Positions 34,801 through 50,200 of a stretch of DNA of 64,000 nucleotides are shown one piece after another (within the stretch, counting starts at the first letter, position 1; every line of letters starts with the position of its first letter). The translations under genes were made by a program, and so were the position numbers. This DNA is from Tubiluchus corallicola (lineage: Eukaryota > Animalia > Priapulida), in assembly GCA_030141605.1 (NCBI GenBank), contig JAQGDQ010001036.1:4498-68497 (forward strand), read 5' to 3'. The notes beneath the pieces were generated by a model that worked only from the letters and a program-made list of their open reading frames with translations, was not told where the DNA came from and did not search any database.

Positions 34801-37800
34801 AAAAAATTTCTATACAAAGTTCTACGCTTAGCTGCTTGAAAGATTTATGTAACTGCAAAAGAAAACTTTTAATAATTTAAAAAGTTTGTGCCAACTAGTA
34901 AAATGTCTCAGTTTCACCATTTCAGTGTACATCAGAAAGCATCAATGGCTTAATACTCCTATGCAAAAGTATATAAAAACTGTCTGCTATTGACTCAAAT
35001 AACTCCACACAATTGATTCTATATTTTTATACATAGAGATATACACGTAGTTACACTGATGTACGTGATGTAAACAAAGTGACAGCCTGCCAACTAGCGG
35101 TCAGCTTGTGAAATAATGTACTGGGTCCGTAAAAATTTTCTCAACAAATTCACGCGATTTACAAAAATGTGTTCCAAAAACTCGGAATTTCGCGTATCCG
35201 CGGAAAATTCTCATCTCAGGGCTGAAGGCCTGTATATATGACAGGTTACTGATCAGTACCAAGAAAAAACATCCCTCACAAATTCCATAACCAGCAGCGA
35301 AAAGCTAAACTAATGTTTAGAAAAGCGGATATACTTTATATACTGTAAGTGATCACTTGTACCGACTTTGTGAGTTAAATTATGACCAACTTATTTTGGA
35401 ACATACCATATTAGTAAATGTCATCCCTGCATCTCCGATTAGATGTTTGGTCTTTGGCATTGGATCCTGAAAGAAAAGCAAATATTTTTTCTTGTGCACT
35501 AACAACTAACGATAGTGTTACACATAATATGCTCCGCATTTTAGACATTTAGACATTTTAATTAGACATTTTATTAAGGAAACAAACAATGACACCAATA
35601 AACAGAAGAGCTTACAAAATGAATAACATACTAGCCTATCACACCTAAAGACTTTTCAATGGCCAATATTTTGCTGTCTTACCTTACTACCACTTTGTTT
35701 ATACATTACTCAAATTACTCATCTTTGGTTATTACTAGCGTTGCTCCGGATATCCGATTCGTATCCGAAAATGGTGATTTTCACGAGATTGTGCAGTGTA
35801 CTCTTATCTGATGTTACCCAGTTATTTATAAATATTTGATATTTGCAAATATTGGCTATCAGGTTTTCGTAATTGTTGTGTTTTGTTTCTCGCGGAAGGC
35901 TCGTAGAGAAAACCAGAAAACACTTCGCCAAATTAAACTAGTTTATTAAGCGAGAATTCTACAATACAAAAGTATGAAGGAACACGAAATGATTACAGTA
36001 AACGTGAAAATCTGGAAAACGCTTAAGTGTATCTGAAAATGTAGGTATACAGGAGAATGTGTAAGTGTGTGTCCGTGTGAATCAGCGTGTGTCTGTCTCA
36101 GCGGCCTGCTTCGCCATATATAGGGTGCCAGGGAACATTCTAGACGTTTCTTTCTAGAACATTCTACAAGGTAAGACGATTATTCTAATGGAACATTCTA
36201 CAATGTTCTATTTAATTCTACTAGATGGCAGCGATCTCCACAACAATAATGTGCAATTAAAAGCGGTTTCGAATAATTTTACAGCCGAAAATAAATAAAT
36301 AATAAAAAACTTAGAGATCGTTTTAGCCTACGTTTGTGTTTTTGGGCATACGTTTTATAAGAAAATTTTACACACATCTTTTTTTGTTTGTGTGTTACAA
36401 TATGGTGTACCTTCGGACAGGGACCTTTTAGATAATCTTGTTGTTGTTGGCATCCTTCTGTCTCGGAAGACAATGGAATGTGCGCCAAGAGAGTCCGATC
36501 CTTGAACGTCTCCAGGACGCACGCCTGGGCAAGGTGTATGGAGATCCTGAGTTGCCCAGACCGCAGAAACCCCGACTCTTCCTCCCTGGTGTAGTCCAAA
36601 GGAAAGCGGAGCGATACGTTTGGCACCAGGTTGGCTGCAGGAGCTGCCGGAGTCAGTGAGCATGCTGCACTGGTCTGCTTTCGGGGTTCCACTCCTGATT
36701 TGGAAGGTTTACTCCTCTACACATGGCTGTTGGGTCACTTGACCTCCTCCGCCTTCTAGCCGTTGGCTGCTTGTACAGCTCCTTCGCCTAATGTAGAGAT
36801 ACAGTGTGGGCATCCCGCAAGCCTACAGCACCTGGTATTCCTAGGCGGAAAACCCATCCAAGCACTAACCAGGCTCTACGTTGCTTAACTTCGGTGATCA
36901 GACGAGAACTGGTGTTTTCAACGTGATTTGTCGCATTGACTTATGACTTATCGCTCCGCTTTCCTTTGGACTACACCAGCGAGGAAGACAGGGGGTTCCT
37001 GCTGTCTGGGCAACTCAGGATCTCCATACACCTTGCCCAGGCGTGCGTCCTGGAGACGCTCAAGGATCGCACTGCTCAGCCACAGTCGAAGCTGCAGCTC
37101 CATCAATGTGATCAATAACTAACTCTCTTGGCGCACACACCATTGTCTTCTGAGACAGAAGGATGCCATCTAACCAACAACTTAATTGATCATCTACAGT
37201 GCATCCATGTCCCAATGTTCATGAGCTGCTGTGAATGCTTACTGCGTGTGTTTTAGACAGCTCCAGTTAAGGTAAATGATGCTGAATGCATTATGCACAA
37301 TATTACTGCATTTACAGCCACCTATCCACACTACAGGAAAAGAAGATTTTATTGATTCTGTCTCCTGATTTTACTGTTCAGTGCAGACCCAGCAACATGC
37401 ATTCAGCAAGCTAGCAAATTTTGGCACCTGGCTCAAATAAGTTACCATGGTAATACTATCACGAAACTTATGCACAACATGAATCGCACCAAATACACCC
37501 ATAAAGACACCAAGAAGTGCCTTACCAAATAGTCGTAAGCTTTTTACCAGAACCGTGAAAAAGTCGATGTTTTCGAGAGACATGATTTTTTAATTATTTG
37601 AAAAGTCCAGCACTATTAAGATGTTCAACTTGCAACAGCCTATGGAAGAAGACAACGACTGGCAACAGGTAGGTGTTGAGATATTGCCATCTTTGCAATA
37701 CATTCTTATTTAAATTACATTTGCTGCTCTGACTTTGTTTAGTTGCTGCTTGGTTGTGCTTGTACTTTTGTTGTAGACCTACTGCCGATTCCATTTATTT

Positions 37801-38239
37801 TCAGTTAGGCCTAGTGCAGTTCCGATTGGGCCTACTATGGTTTAGGTCGGGAAATTTGAAAAAGTCGGATTTATAATCATTTTTTTATTCTGTACAACCT
37901 TAACTGTCTTTGTGGTGTCATGCAATTTTACCAAAATAACTAACTGATGCTGACAGTTTTTATTCTGGACAATCGTTAGTCTTTGGTGTGTCATGCATTT
38001 TTGTCAAAATAAAGTGATAATTATGTCAACTAGTGCGAGTAGGATTGTGCATAATTACTTACCATCCCACCTAGCGTCACATCTTGATCGTCGGTCACAA
38101 TCAGTATGATGTTCGGTGGTTTGTTTGCAAAAATGTCGTCTTCGTAATAACTATTTGATGAACCCATTGAAGCTGTAATTATAATAAAACTATAAACAAA
38201 ATGTTTAACAAAAATACTCCCCCCACTGGTCGCTGCCAT
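28789..38239 (-). CDS. GNS: N-acetylglucosamine-6-sulfatase-like, 5' fragment (exons 1-5, 202 codons), truncated at fold-back junction
   Basis: Mirror exons 38063-38239, 35407-35466, 33900-34103, 32270-32335, plus the unique exon 5 at 28789-28887. Confidence 0.9.
28930..29192. mobile_element. Palindromic MITE-like element (~110-bp arms, ~45-bp loop) in the spacer
   Basis: ctgaatctccatttcatgaggatcattttgat(g)ccaagttcatc ... gatgaacttggtatcaaaatgatcctcatgaaatggagattcag; related half copy at ~3717..3835. Confidence 0.75.
29971..30931 (-). mobile_element. Possible solo LTR remnant in the spacer
   Basis: More GC-rich ~1-kb block bounded by tgtaac at 29971 and attac at ~30931; no TSD or coding similarity recognised. 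Confidence 0.3.
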
Positions 38240-41200
38240 TTTTATGTAGTGTATGACGATATTTAGCCACAAGTCGACGCATCGTTACTTACACACGACG
38301 CACTACTTTCAACTGTGCGTCGTAAGTAATGACATTAAATTTTCGTAAAGTTTAAAAAAATAATCAGAGAATTCATGGCACAATCTTCGCCAACTATGCA
38401 AATGTATAATTTTTCTATACTGTTATTAAGATCAGTAATGTGTTCTGGTAAATCAATTGTATATCCCTGGGATGGTAATACAGAGCCGTTTTGCTAGCAG
38501 TTCAAACATCTTAAGTTATCGAGAATTTTCTCTTCCAATTACATAAGACTTTCAAAAAGGAAAAGCATAATGCTAAGTAATATTACTTTATAGTTTCTAA
38601 GCCACTGGTTTCTGGATTTTTTCCAGTTTTAGCTTATTTTCTGCTACGTTCATGTTGTACATACATACTAGCAAGCTTCTCTATATTGTCTGTCAAACTG
38701 CTTGGTGCTTTACTTTTTAATACTTTCTTTGCATCCCTATCAATCATTTGATGACAAATATAAAGTTCGTAGTGACAGCAACTGTTTATAAATTAATGCG
38801 CCTGTTGTTTCATTGGCAATTTTCCACAAATCAATAGTAACTTGCACTCGTTCTTTGTTTCAAATTCCACGCATAATTTCCTTTTGCCAAGATTCTATTT
38901 TTTGCCATTAATTTTCACTTAGTGTTCCCCATACTTCAATATTTGTTCATAAAATAGGAATAGTCATTGTTTCGCAAACTAATAATCCATTATTTTTCGA
39001 CGTACTGATCTCCTACTGAGCTTCTATCACTCCGACTTATAATTCCCCTTTTCGCGTAACCAGTTTTCTCACTTCTTTTTCCATACTCATGTTCTAGTTC
39101 CTTTTTATGTGAGGTAATCACCTAATACATGTACTTATAGTGATCTACATTTTTAGTTGTTATTTTTTTACATGTAATTGTTTTACAATTCTGGACTTTT
39201 CTGCACTAAACTAAAAGTAATTCTTTCTTCTTGTACAGCTCTTTCATGATTGCTTTTGTTATTGTTTCCACTGTTCCCGTATTCAATATGATATTATCAT
39301 CTACAATGATTCGACTACCGATGCTTACACCACTCTTAACTGTACTGCACCCCTTTCACTTATTATTGTTTGCTGTTTATTTTATCAGTTCAAGAGAGAC
39401 ACATTGGGCCTACACTGTAACCTTTTTACTGTTTCTGCAACCTTAAACTACCTTATCTAAAGAAATAAAGACCTATATGGTAACTATCTGTAAACAGTCC
39501 TCTCTCATATGCCTTTTGAAGCTGTCAACTGATGAAGCACTTATGGTTGATGATGAAAGATGATTCCATGATTGAACTACATGGCGCCCAAAGAAGTGTG
39601 ATCTGACGTTGGTTCCTGCTGGTTGCATATAATACTAGCTTAGACTCATGGCCACGAAGTACTCTGTGAGGCCTGGAAAAAAGACTGTCTCAGTCAGAAC
39701 AGTATTTCCGCTGCTAATTTTGAAGCAGTTCACAAGGTCTTAGGTCAGCAGTCTCATGCTTTTGCTCGAGAATAGAAATAAAGGTGGGATCCAGATCAAT
39801 AAACTTTTACATTATTCCAACTGGTGAGGCAATTTTCACTGTAGCCTTTTTATAATTAAATTTAAATCATTTTCTTGTACTCTCATTTGCCATAAATCTA
39901 TCAAACAATCTCGTAGCCATAGCTTATCAAAACTTTTCATTCCATTTGCAGATAAAAGTTTTGCTTGTTTTTATAATAATTGCAAATCTGTATAAAGTTT
40001 GTAATTATAATACTTGTACAAACAGATGTGTGAGCAATGGGCATAAGTAAGTAGAACTAATCGGCGTGTGTCTGGGTTTCCAAAATTTCAACTTTTTCAA
40101 CTTTTAATTCTCAGAAAGGCTGGTCAGCCAGGTACATCAGCTGCTCGAGCTGCAGCAAGTAAAGCAAGTCCAGATTCCGGCGAAGCTTTCAAGGTGTTAG
40201 CAGCTAGTCTGTCACGTTTCTATCGTTTATTATTAAAATTTTTGTTTTCATGATACGCGTGGCTCGCCGTGAAGAAGCGTTGTAATTACTCGAGCATTCG
40301 TGGCTGCAGCTGTAGGCTAATCGTAAGCCGATACTATACACGTTAAAGACTGAATGAATGTCAGTGATTGTTGCTGGAATTTGTGGATCCCTTTTTGTTT
40401 TGCTTTCGGTTCGTGTTGTTAGTTGTTATCATTGATGTTGTGGTTTTACTAGAATATGTAGGACTGGAACTCAAGATAATTGACCTGTGTTTGCCTTGGC
40501 GGTTAGTGTATTAGTGTACACATCTGACTGCTATCCAAAATGCGGCTGAATCTTGATAAACTGTGTTTACCTACAGAAGGTGTTATAATGCATATAATGG
40601 GTGTTTTCTGGTTCTAGTGTCAGTTACAACCTCGAAAGCTCATTACATCTAAAACTACAGATATTAGGCATGTGGATTTCTATAATTAAAAAAAATCTCC
40701 CACCAAGATAGGTAAACAAAGCAGTAAACTGGACATCAAAAAAATTGACTAGCGTGCCAGTGATCAGTTTGATAATTATAAATATTAATTAAAATGGACA
40801 GTATAGCAAACTAGTAGTAGTACATCTTTCAGAATATGAAACTTTCATGCTTACCAACGTTTATGAGGTTTCCATTTGTCTTGCGTGACCCTGTTACACT
40901 GTTTTTATACTATTTAATTTTGTTGCTGTAAATCCACTATTTCCTAGATTGACTAAAACTGTGTTGTACGTTTAACTGAAGATTGGAAAGTATTGTGTCA
41001 TAATTTCTAATAACTACTAGGCCTATGCTGTTATAGCTACATTTGAATAAAACATGCGGCAGGTTGTCAGTTATATCTGCAGGTCCTACACCATAGCCTA
41101 CATGTTTTGTCTAACCTTGAGGTAGTTTTAGCTCTTCTTTACAAGTTACACGTAAAATATCATTTGGTGCAAAACATGTGCCGAATTTTTATCATGATAT

Positions 41201-42644
41201 TATAAGATGAAAATGCTGGATGTGTGTAAGAATTACCACACACTGATGCTGCACTTGCATATATAAATACCAAAAGCTTCCTTAGATTTTTCTAAAGATA
41301 CAGAAGATTTTGAACAACAAGTGAAAAAATAAATACCGGGAAGGTTTTTGTGTGTCACAATTAAATTTACAGCAATTAAATTTTCAATTCACCTAAATGA
41401 ACGCACTCGTGCTTTTGCCAAATTTGCTGTAATCATTTATTTTTTTCGTGAGAAATAGTTTTTTATTTTTTTATTTATTATTATTATCACATTCAGTACA
41501 CTATAGTGACATTAAACACACAGTGACATCAAAATTATTACATCATACTGTATTAAATTGTTATCTTTCATACACTATCGTTATCATAAAAGAATAATTG
41601 TACTGCAGTAGGGCTAGAGAAGCAAAGGCTTGTATAAGCCCACTGTCATGTAAACACGATAAAAAAAGAATGGATGAGTGAACAAAAAAAAGAACTGGGA
41701 GAAAGGTTAGACCACACAGGAAGGGTAGAAGGATGTGTTAGTGGAAATGGTAGGAAGAAAGATAATAGATTGTGCTATGTTGACATCAGCTCTAAAGATT
41801 TATCAATGATGCCTTGTTTTGCATAATCTGTACCAGGATTGTGGTATGATTGCTGCAGTAGGTGTGGGAAATTAGGAAGTGTTGTACTTGTTGAGAATCA
41901 TTGCTCTGTATTTCTTTTTAAATTTTTGAATTATATGTCAAATCCTGTTTGGGCTTTCAAAAGCCAAATAGAAATTCAAAGCCTCGATTAAATTTTGCTC
42001 TTTATTACCCAAAACATGTCATTCCATCTAAACATAATAAGAAATTAGTGCCAACAAATAACAAATAAAAAATAACAATAGCCAAAAGTCAATTTTACAT
42101 AATTAAGAGTTATACACTGCACTGTCGTATTAATTAATACCTAGCCATTATTTTAAACTAAATTTAAGTTTTTTAAAGTAATTAGAGGATATACATGTGT
42201 TATTAGCCCCAGATCATGAGCAATTGTAAACAGATAACGACAATATCATATAACTTATCATGACACGTCTTCACTTCACAGTAGGCCTCTGACGCAGATC
42301 AAAGTGATCACGTGATTAGGCCAAAAATCACTACAAGGTGGCCAAAGTCGACAACAAGCGAAGGCTGCTAAGTACGCTAATGCAAGATTTCCAGTACAAA
42401 TGCATGTATGAGAACATTATCTGGTTATGTATTTGTGTTATATATGTGCTGTTTATGTATTATGTTGACTAACGTGTTAGGATGTAACTATAAGGTTTTG
42501 TGCGGTTTAATTTGAACTGTGTATATTGGGTGGAAAATATGCCTATTTTTATTTAAATGTTTGACAAAAAAAACATTTTATTCATAGTAGACTATTGTAT
42601 TTCACTACCTGTTACACCGTCCATCGATATCCGTTGAAGACATC

Positions 42645-45600
42645 ATGGCCACCGGGGAACAGACTGGCGTTGAACTGATTAGAAAAGATTTGTGTGATGA
42701 AGAGCTACACATTCCTCATGTATTCGTGATCATGGGCGCGTCGGTGAGTTTTCGTAGCTCTTAATTGCATTTCCAATACTCTGCACAGTTTTGCAAAATG
42801 AACTATGGTAGGCGCCGCTTAACAGACTGGCTTTGGGATGGAAGTATTTTGACCCAGTTAACCGAGTGAACCTATTAACCCGACAGAAGTAGCATTATTA
42901 GTATAGAAGTGTGAAACATCAGCTTTGTACAGGGATGAGAATTTTTTGCGGATATGCGGAATTCCGAGTTTTTGGAAGACCAGTAGTGCCATTTTTGTAA
43001 ACCGCGCAAATTTGTTGAGAAAATTTTTACAGACCCAGTACATTATTTCACAAGCTGACCGCTAGTTGGCAGGCCGTCACTTAGTTTACATCACGTACAT
43101 CAATGTAACCACGTGTATATCTCTGCGTATAAAAATATGGAATCACTTGTGTGGAGTTATTTGAGTCAATTGCAGACAGTTTTTATATACTTTTGCATAG
43201 GTGCAGCCAGTACTTAGGCATTTTTGACACAATTAGGTATCATGTATCCTTGATAGTTGGGTATTTTAAATTATGCATGAAACAAGGTAATTGATATTTT
43301 AAGTCCACTTAGAGGTTCTCTACGGTCACAAAATTGTAATTTGTTGCTGGCTCCCCTTGAACCCCCATGTTGAATACATGTACTTTAATTAGCGGGCAAC
43401 AAAATAAGGTCAATCTTGATTAAACTAAAAATAGCATTTAGATTTCATGCCAAAGCTTACTTTGTTTTGAAGTCACTAGTCTAGCATTATATTATGTTAC
43501 TAACTTATAAAGGCGTTTTGAGCAACTGATTAAATTATTTAACAGCAAAGAGTTTTGTGTTACCATTCCCTGTGTGTAGCAGTGACCAATTTCACTAACA
43601 ATTGCTGTCAAAATCTTTCCAGCCGTCATTTTCAGGTTCTTCAGTGAATAAACAAGAGCCAATAGCTTCACTAATCTCTATACTGAACGTTGCTGCCTAG
43701 CTGTACCTAGTGAATCATGAGTCAGCAGTTTTTTTTCTTTACACAGCTAGCAAGCCTTGACCAGGGGGCAGACCTAGTTTTGATGCTATCAGTTTTCTCT
43801 AAATGAATTACAGCTGTAGTAATGCTGGGCTGTAGATCTAAATTTGCCATACTTGTTCATTCTTGTTGCTAATAATTACCCAGGGCAGAATTATCCAGGG
43901 TAGTATAGACTGCATCATAAAACCCCTCAAGCTTGCCCCCCCCCTCCGGGATTTGGTAATACTTTGTAAAAAATCTGTTTTTCACATCAACTGTGTTGAA
44001 ATATGTGCTAATCTTGTTTGCAATGAATAGTAAAATAGTGGTATTTGGTAAAGAATGTTTTTATCGACAAACAAAAGATGGTTATTCTAGTTTATTTAAA
44101 GAATTTGCAATAATTTAATTTAAGCTGTGTAAATGTCGCTTAAAATACATCACGAGTAAAAAATATTTAAGATACGTGTGGGCGAGTTAGAGGGTGGTTC
44201 CTTCTGAGGCCCCCTCATGATCTTGTCTATGAACTACTATGAACTATGAATTTTATTTCACACATCAAAAATATAATATCAAACACATTAATAAACTTTA
44301 AGTAAAATAATTTGAGTAGTGCGAGGAGAGTGTACGACCATACGGTCATTAGGTCAGGGCAGGTTAACACACTCATCTTACTTAAATGAAAAAATGATTA
44401 TAGTTATGCATGCTTCTGTAGATAACTTAATGTAAATAAGGATGAAGTAAATGATGTAATAATAGCAATGGTATAAGAGCAATAAACCTGAAAGTTGAGA
44501 AAGGAAAACATAATATGTAATTACGACTTTGAGTGACCCTTAAAGAGTGAATTTTTTTTAAATAGTTACGAATATGAATTACGTGATTATCTGTCAATGC
44601 ACCACTTACTTGTATTACAATGTACCATATTGCTTACTTGTATATACAATGATATACATATACACATATATGTACCCAAATTTAAGTGGGGGAGAAGAGA
44701 TTAAATTATACACTATACTTGTAGTAATAACTATAATTGTATAGAACATTTAAATATAATTGATGGTAGTAATGTAGCCATCATAACAAGTTTCCTGAAT
44801 GGTCCTGAATAAGTTGCTTTACATAAAAACTGATAATGTTTAAATCTTTAGTGATTTGGCTTGGAAAACTATGGCTCATTCTTGCTAATACTGTAGCTAC
44901 TTTATACATGTCTTCTGAAACTGTGACATTGTTCTAAAGTAAAATTCAAATTTCTTTGATAATGACATAGAAGTACAGTCCCTTTGTGCACGTTTCCTGC
45001 ATGTTTTACCGGAAGGTCATTCTTTATCATTTCAGGGTGACTTGGCCAAGAAGAAAATTTATCCAACATTATGGTAAGTTACAGTTGCATGATCCCCGTA
45101 ATAAGTGACCCTCGGTCAGTACTAGAAAGCTTAAACATGAGCTTACATTCTGCTCAGTTCTGTTTGCATGTATGACCATTAAGTGGTTGTAACCTGAAAA
45201 AATGGACAATTGGGATACTGGAGGTGGCTTAACCTTTAACCGACCACGGTGGGGTAAAAATACCTCGGGAGTGTTAGCTCTCATTTTTATTTTGATGCAG
45301 ACTATGAGAAATTTGCAAACTAGTAGTGAACAAATATTTTTCAGTTTCTTATGCAACCATACCTTGGTTTTGTTGAAAAGTATTATTCACGCCTTTTCGC
45401 AAAGCACGGGTGCCAGATACGACCTGACACGGGGTAACTTACTACCCCATAGGTCTTTTATGTAGGCAAAATTTTGGAATTTACTTTGCAGTGTTTTTCT
45501 TTCTGTCAACACCATGTGTGTTTACTTTTACTGAGAAGTGCTGCAAACCTCCAATTCGGCTTGCAGTTCTGCAAACAGATTTTTCTAACGATCTGTTGAG

Positions 45601-46698
45601 AAAATTTCATACTAAAGTTTGTGGACATTCTTCGTTTAGTAATATAGTGGCAACTTTAACTGTACAGGTGATTAAGTTTGAAGCTGATGAAGATGAAATT
45701 TGAGAAGATCAGCAATTGAAGTGGATGCCTTAGAACTAAACAGTGAACATCATTAGGCTATTACAAAAATTTTTGCAAGCATAAATAATATAGCATAAAC
45801 AATATACTGCAACAGTGAAAGCCTCTTTTTATCCTTGGTGCCCTCATATATCTATGCCAACTTGCCAGAGAACTTGGTTTTGTACAAATAGGAGCACCTC
45901 AATTCCTAATTGGTCATTCTATCCAGATACTAACACATATTAAGCAAAACTTTCATGTGGTAATTTTTTACCCCGCTTGGTCATTATCGTAATATAAAAA
46001 CCCCCTGGCTGGCTAAGGGTTAAACTATTGGGGTTTGTGAGGGCGGGGAACTTTGAAGCCTGAAAGTGTTAAACGCAGTCTTGCACATTCTAACAATTAT
46101 GATTTCATATTCTCCCTGCGATTTAGCTCAGAATCACTGTGAGAAGAAGTTAAGCAGAGAGAGTATTGACCAGCAGTTGGATAGGTGCTGGTTTGAAAAT
46201 GTGCTAGGACAGATTTTCCATAGAAAGTTATATTACTTAGCATTATGCTTATCTGTTTAAAGGACTTATATAATTAGAAAGGAAAATACTTAAAATTCAA
46301 AACATTCTTGCCACCTGGTGGAACAGGATGCACTGCACTGCCGTTGTGTAGCCACATAAAAACACTCGCCATTGTGAATGTCAAAAATGCGGGTCTTTCA
46401 TGCAGGAAGTGGGGTTCTGACCCTATGTTTGATGAATCATCTAACTTCTGCGAACAGCGCTAAATCTTGTTGTTCAGTTTAGGAACTAATTATCCCACAA
46501 TTGTTTTTCATATTTAGCCAAAAGTTGTTTCCATTTTTCCACCATTCGGCTTGCCGGGGCCAAATGTCCCCATACAAGAACCTAGAATTTTGTTTACATG
46601 TATCAAAAAATTTGTTTTCTGTAATGGGTAGTGTATGTAACCTCGTATTGTGAGAAAAGCTGAAATAGAAATTGTGTGGATGTTTGCAGTGGTTGTGG

Positions 46699-46730
<32 letters not shown>

Positions 46731-46844
46731 GTGATGATGATGGTGGTGATGATGATGATGGTGGTGATGATGATTATGGTGATGATGATGATAATGATGA
46801 GTGGTGATGTTGATGAGTGATGATGATAATGGTAGTGGTGGTGG

Positions 46845-46875
<31 letters not shown>

Positions 46876-47172
46876 GATGATGATGATGATAATGATGATG
46901 ATGATGGTGATGGTGGTGATGATGATGATGATGGTGGTGATGATGATAATGATGAGTGGTGATGTTGATGAGTGATGATGATGGTGATGATGATAATGGT
47001 GGTGGTGGTGGTGATGATGATGATGATGGTGGTGGTGGTGATGATGATGATGATGATGTTGATGAGTGATGATGATGATGATGATGAGTGATGATGGTGA
47101 TGGTGAAGATGATGCATACATACATACATACATACATACATACATACATACATACATACATACATACATACA

Positions 47173-47205
<33 letters not shown>

Positions 47206-50200
47206 GTATATATTTAAATCATAAAAGTTTTTTGATAAACGCATCCAAAACACTGAGCTGTTTGTTACTTTTTCTGAAAAATGAAGTTGTTTTTACTGCA
47301 CAGGTTGTTGTATAGCACTGGGTTGATTCCAAATGGTACATCTTTCATTGGCTATGCCAGGTCAAACTTAACTGTGAGTGACATTAGAAAAAAGGCTGAA
47401 CCGTATATGAAGGTATAGTTTTGCATATCTGTTTTAGCTAAAGTCTTGATAATATTGATGGTTTTTATCACTGCTAATTCGCCAATAGTCAATTATATGT
47501 TTTGGACAAAAATGGAAATTAAAGCTTGTGTTTTTACATCTTAAGCTTGTGTTTTTTGCATCTTAGACTTGTGTTTTTTACATCTTAAGCTTGTGTTTTT
47601 TGCATCTTAGCCTTGTGTTTTTTACATCTTAAGCTGGTGTTTTTACATCTTAAGCTTGTGTTTTTTGCATCTTAAGCTGGTGTTTTTTGCATCTTAAGCT
47701 TGTGTTTTTACATCTTAAACTTGTGATTTTTGCATCTTAAGCTTGTGTTTTTACATCTTAAGCTTGTGCTTTTTGCCTCTTAAAGACAATGTTCAATGGA
47801 ATTAGGATTCATTTTTCCAATGTGAAAAATTTTTGTAAAACAAAAAAATCTTTCTGATATTGATTCTTTTCTATAATTAAAAGTTCACCATCGATCTTAA
47901 ATTTTTGTTCATGTTCAGGCTTACTGGAAATGCGCCCCGTCATTTTCTTTACTGTCATGTTATTAAACAGGTAAAAAGCGAAGACAAAGGCAAACTGGAG
48001 AAATTCTGGTCTGTCAACAGTTATTTAGCCGGAGCTTACGACCAGAAAGAGGCGTTCGCGAAGCTCAACGCAGCCATAGAGAGGCTTGAGGGAAAGGCTG
48101 CTGCCAATCGGCTGTTCTACCTAGCACTACCACCCAGCGTATTCATGGTGGTAACAACGAATATACAAGCCACCTGCATGGGGAAAAAGTAGGTTTATAT
48201 AAGTTGACACAAAAAAATGTGCCAAAGTTTCGTACACGATATTGTACAAAGAAAATAACAGAATCGCTTGAATATTACCACACTAATTTTGCAGACATTT
48301 GTGCATAAAACACAAATGATTTTAGATCATTTGATTAGATCTTTCCAAAGATACAGAAGATTTAAAAGAACGAGTAAAAAAAATGAATGTCGGAAAAACT
48401 CAGCTTAACTGTGTCACTACTGTTCAAATTTACAGTGAGTGGTCAGTGTATGTCCACTATTTCAGCGTAAACTAGATGTAGGTGTTTCTTGCAACAGCTT
48501 ATAGACTTTCTCACTTCCTTAAGAGGGTCTTTCATTCGGACTTGCAAGAGTTTTTGCCCTTGGTTCCTCTGCTTTAGATCGAACTGTTCTGTGCAGCCAT
48601 TGTGTACTTTTTCTTTAACCCTTTCACTACGTTGTTACTTTTTGACTGGGCCACATTGATGTTTGCACATTTGACAATAACTTCTTGTGGTGTGTTACTG
48701 AAACAAAATCTTGTAAATAAACAAGTAGTTGTTCGTCATTGAGTACCAATATTAAATATTAGTTTTGTTTCTACACATGCAAACACACACGAGCACACAT
48801 ACGTGCACTCATGCACCTACACACGTGCACACCTTCATAAATAAGCGTGTACTTATATTTGGAAATCAGTTTTCACAAAGGACACAATACTAATCCATAA
48901 TATGCAATCTTTTTACAAGAATGCAGAACAATCAACTAAACGCGCATTTCATCAACTATCAACAAGCAGTTTTGCGTGAGAACGTACTATACAGTACAGT
49001 ATTATGGAACGCACCTGGCTTCAGACACTGATTCGCTGGTTAGCATTACTTGTTGCCAAGCAACCCCAATCCCACGGCTGTTAGACTTCTCTACAATATT
49101 TTTGCGTGGCTGTAGCAGTGAAATAAACAGACCTGGGTGACTGCGCTTAGTGCTGAGCTTTGGCGGCAGTCCACCACCTTCTGTCCCGTTTATGAAAAAC
49201 ATGGGTGGTAGTGTGCCGCCTTCCGTAGTGAAAGGGTTAAGGAAATTCCAGATACCGTAGTCCAGAGAATTGAGTTACATTTTTTCTTGACGACAAATAT
49301 TAGCAAGTGCTTTACTTTTGAGGCGAATACCACCATTATATAAACTGATTAATTTCTTTATTGTTTTGCCGCCATGTTGAATGTGTTTTACCTATCGTGT
49401 CGATTTTTCAAATGACAATTAGTTGGCATTATTCCAGCATTTTAAATCTTTAAAATCCAAAAGTTTTTTGGTCACAACTTAAAAATTGCTAAATCTATAA
49501 ACTTGAAACTTTCTCCGCCATAAGCCAATGAACTGTGAAATCGTGCTGTGGAATTTTGAGCTTGTAGGGCTCTTGCTTCTAACGTTATTCTAGTCTAAGC
49601 TTTGGCACGTTTTTTATGCTCCACCCGATATAATAGAGCTATAGTAATTTTATTCTTGGAGGCAAGGAGTTGAAATACAATCGTTGTGTGCGATAACATT
49701 TCTCTGCGAATTCAGAATATCATTTTAGAAGATCATTGTTGGTAGTGAGGTGAGATAGTGTCCAGTCCTGCCACACTGCCAACATGCTATTGAGCATGTG
49801 CACTGTGCTGAACTTATAAAAAACACATTTAGCAAACTCTTCAATACTTTTCCATCTGTTCATACACATTTAGCAAGTTGTTCATTACTTTTCCACCTAT
49901 TCATACACATTTAGCATGTTCTTCAATACTTTTCCATCTGTTCATACACATTTAGCAAGTTCTTCAATACTTTTCCATCTGTTCATACACATTTAGCAAG
50001 TTCTTCAATACTTTTCCATCTGTTCATACACATTTAGCAAGTTCTTCAATACTTTTCCACCTATTCATACACATTTAGCAAGTTCTTCAATACTTTTCCA
50101 CCTGTTCATACACATTTAGCAAGTTCTTCAATACTTTTCCACCTGTTCATACACATTTAGCAAGTTCTTCAATACTTTTCCACCTGTTCATACACATTTA

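Noticed and set aside
40037-40253. Upstream coding exons extending the G6PD N-terminus (ATG 40037, possible intron 40047-40114, exon 40115-40193; mirror ~19254..19470)
   Set aside because: Splice-like signals exist, but the frame from that ATG does not join the G6PD frame at either AG (42587 or 42590). It could be 5' UTR; unsupported without transcripts.
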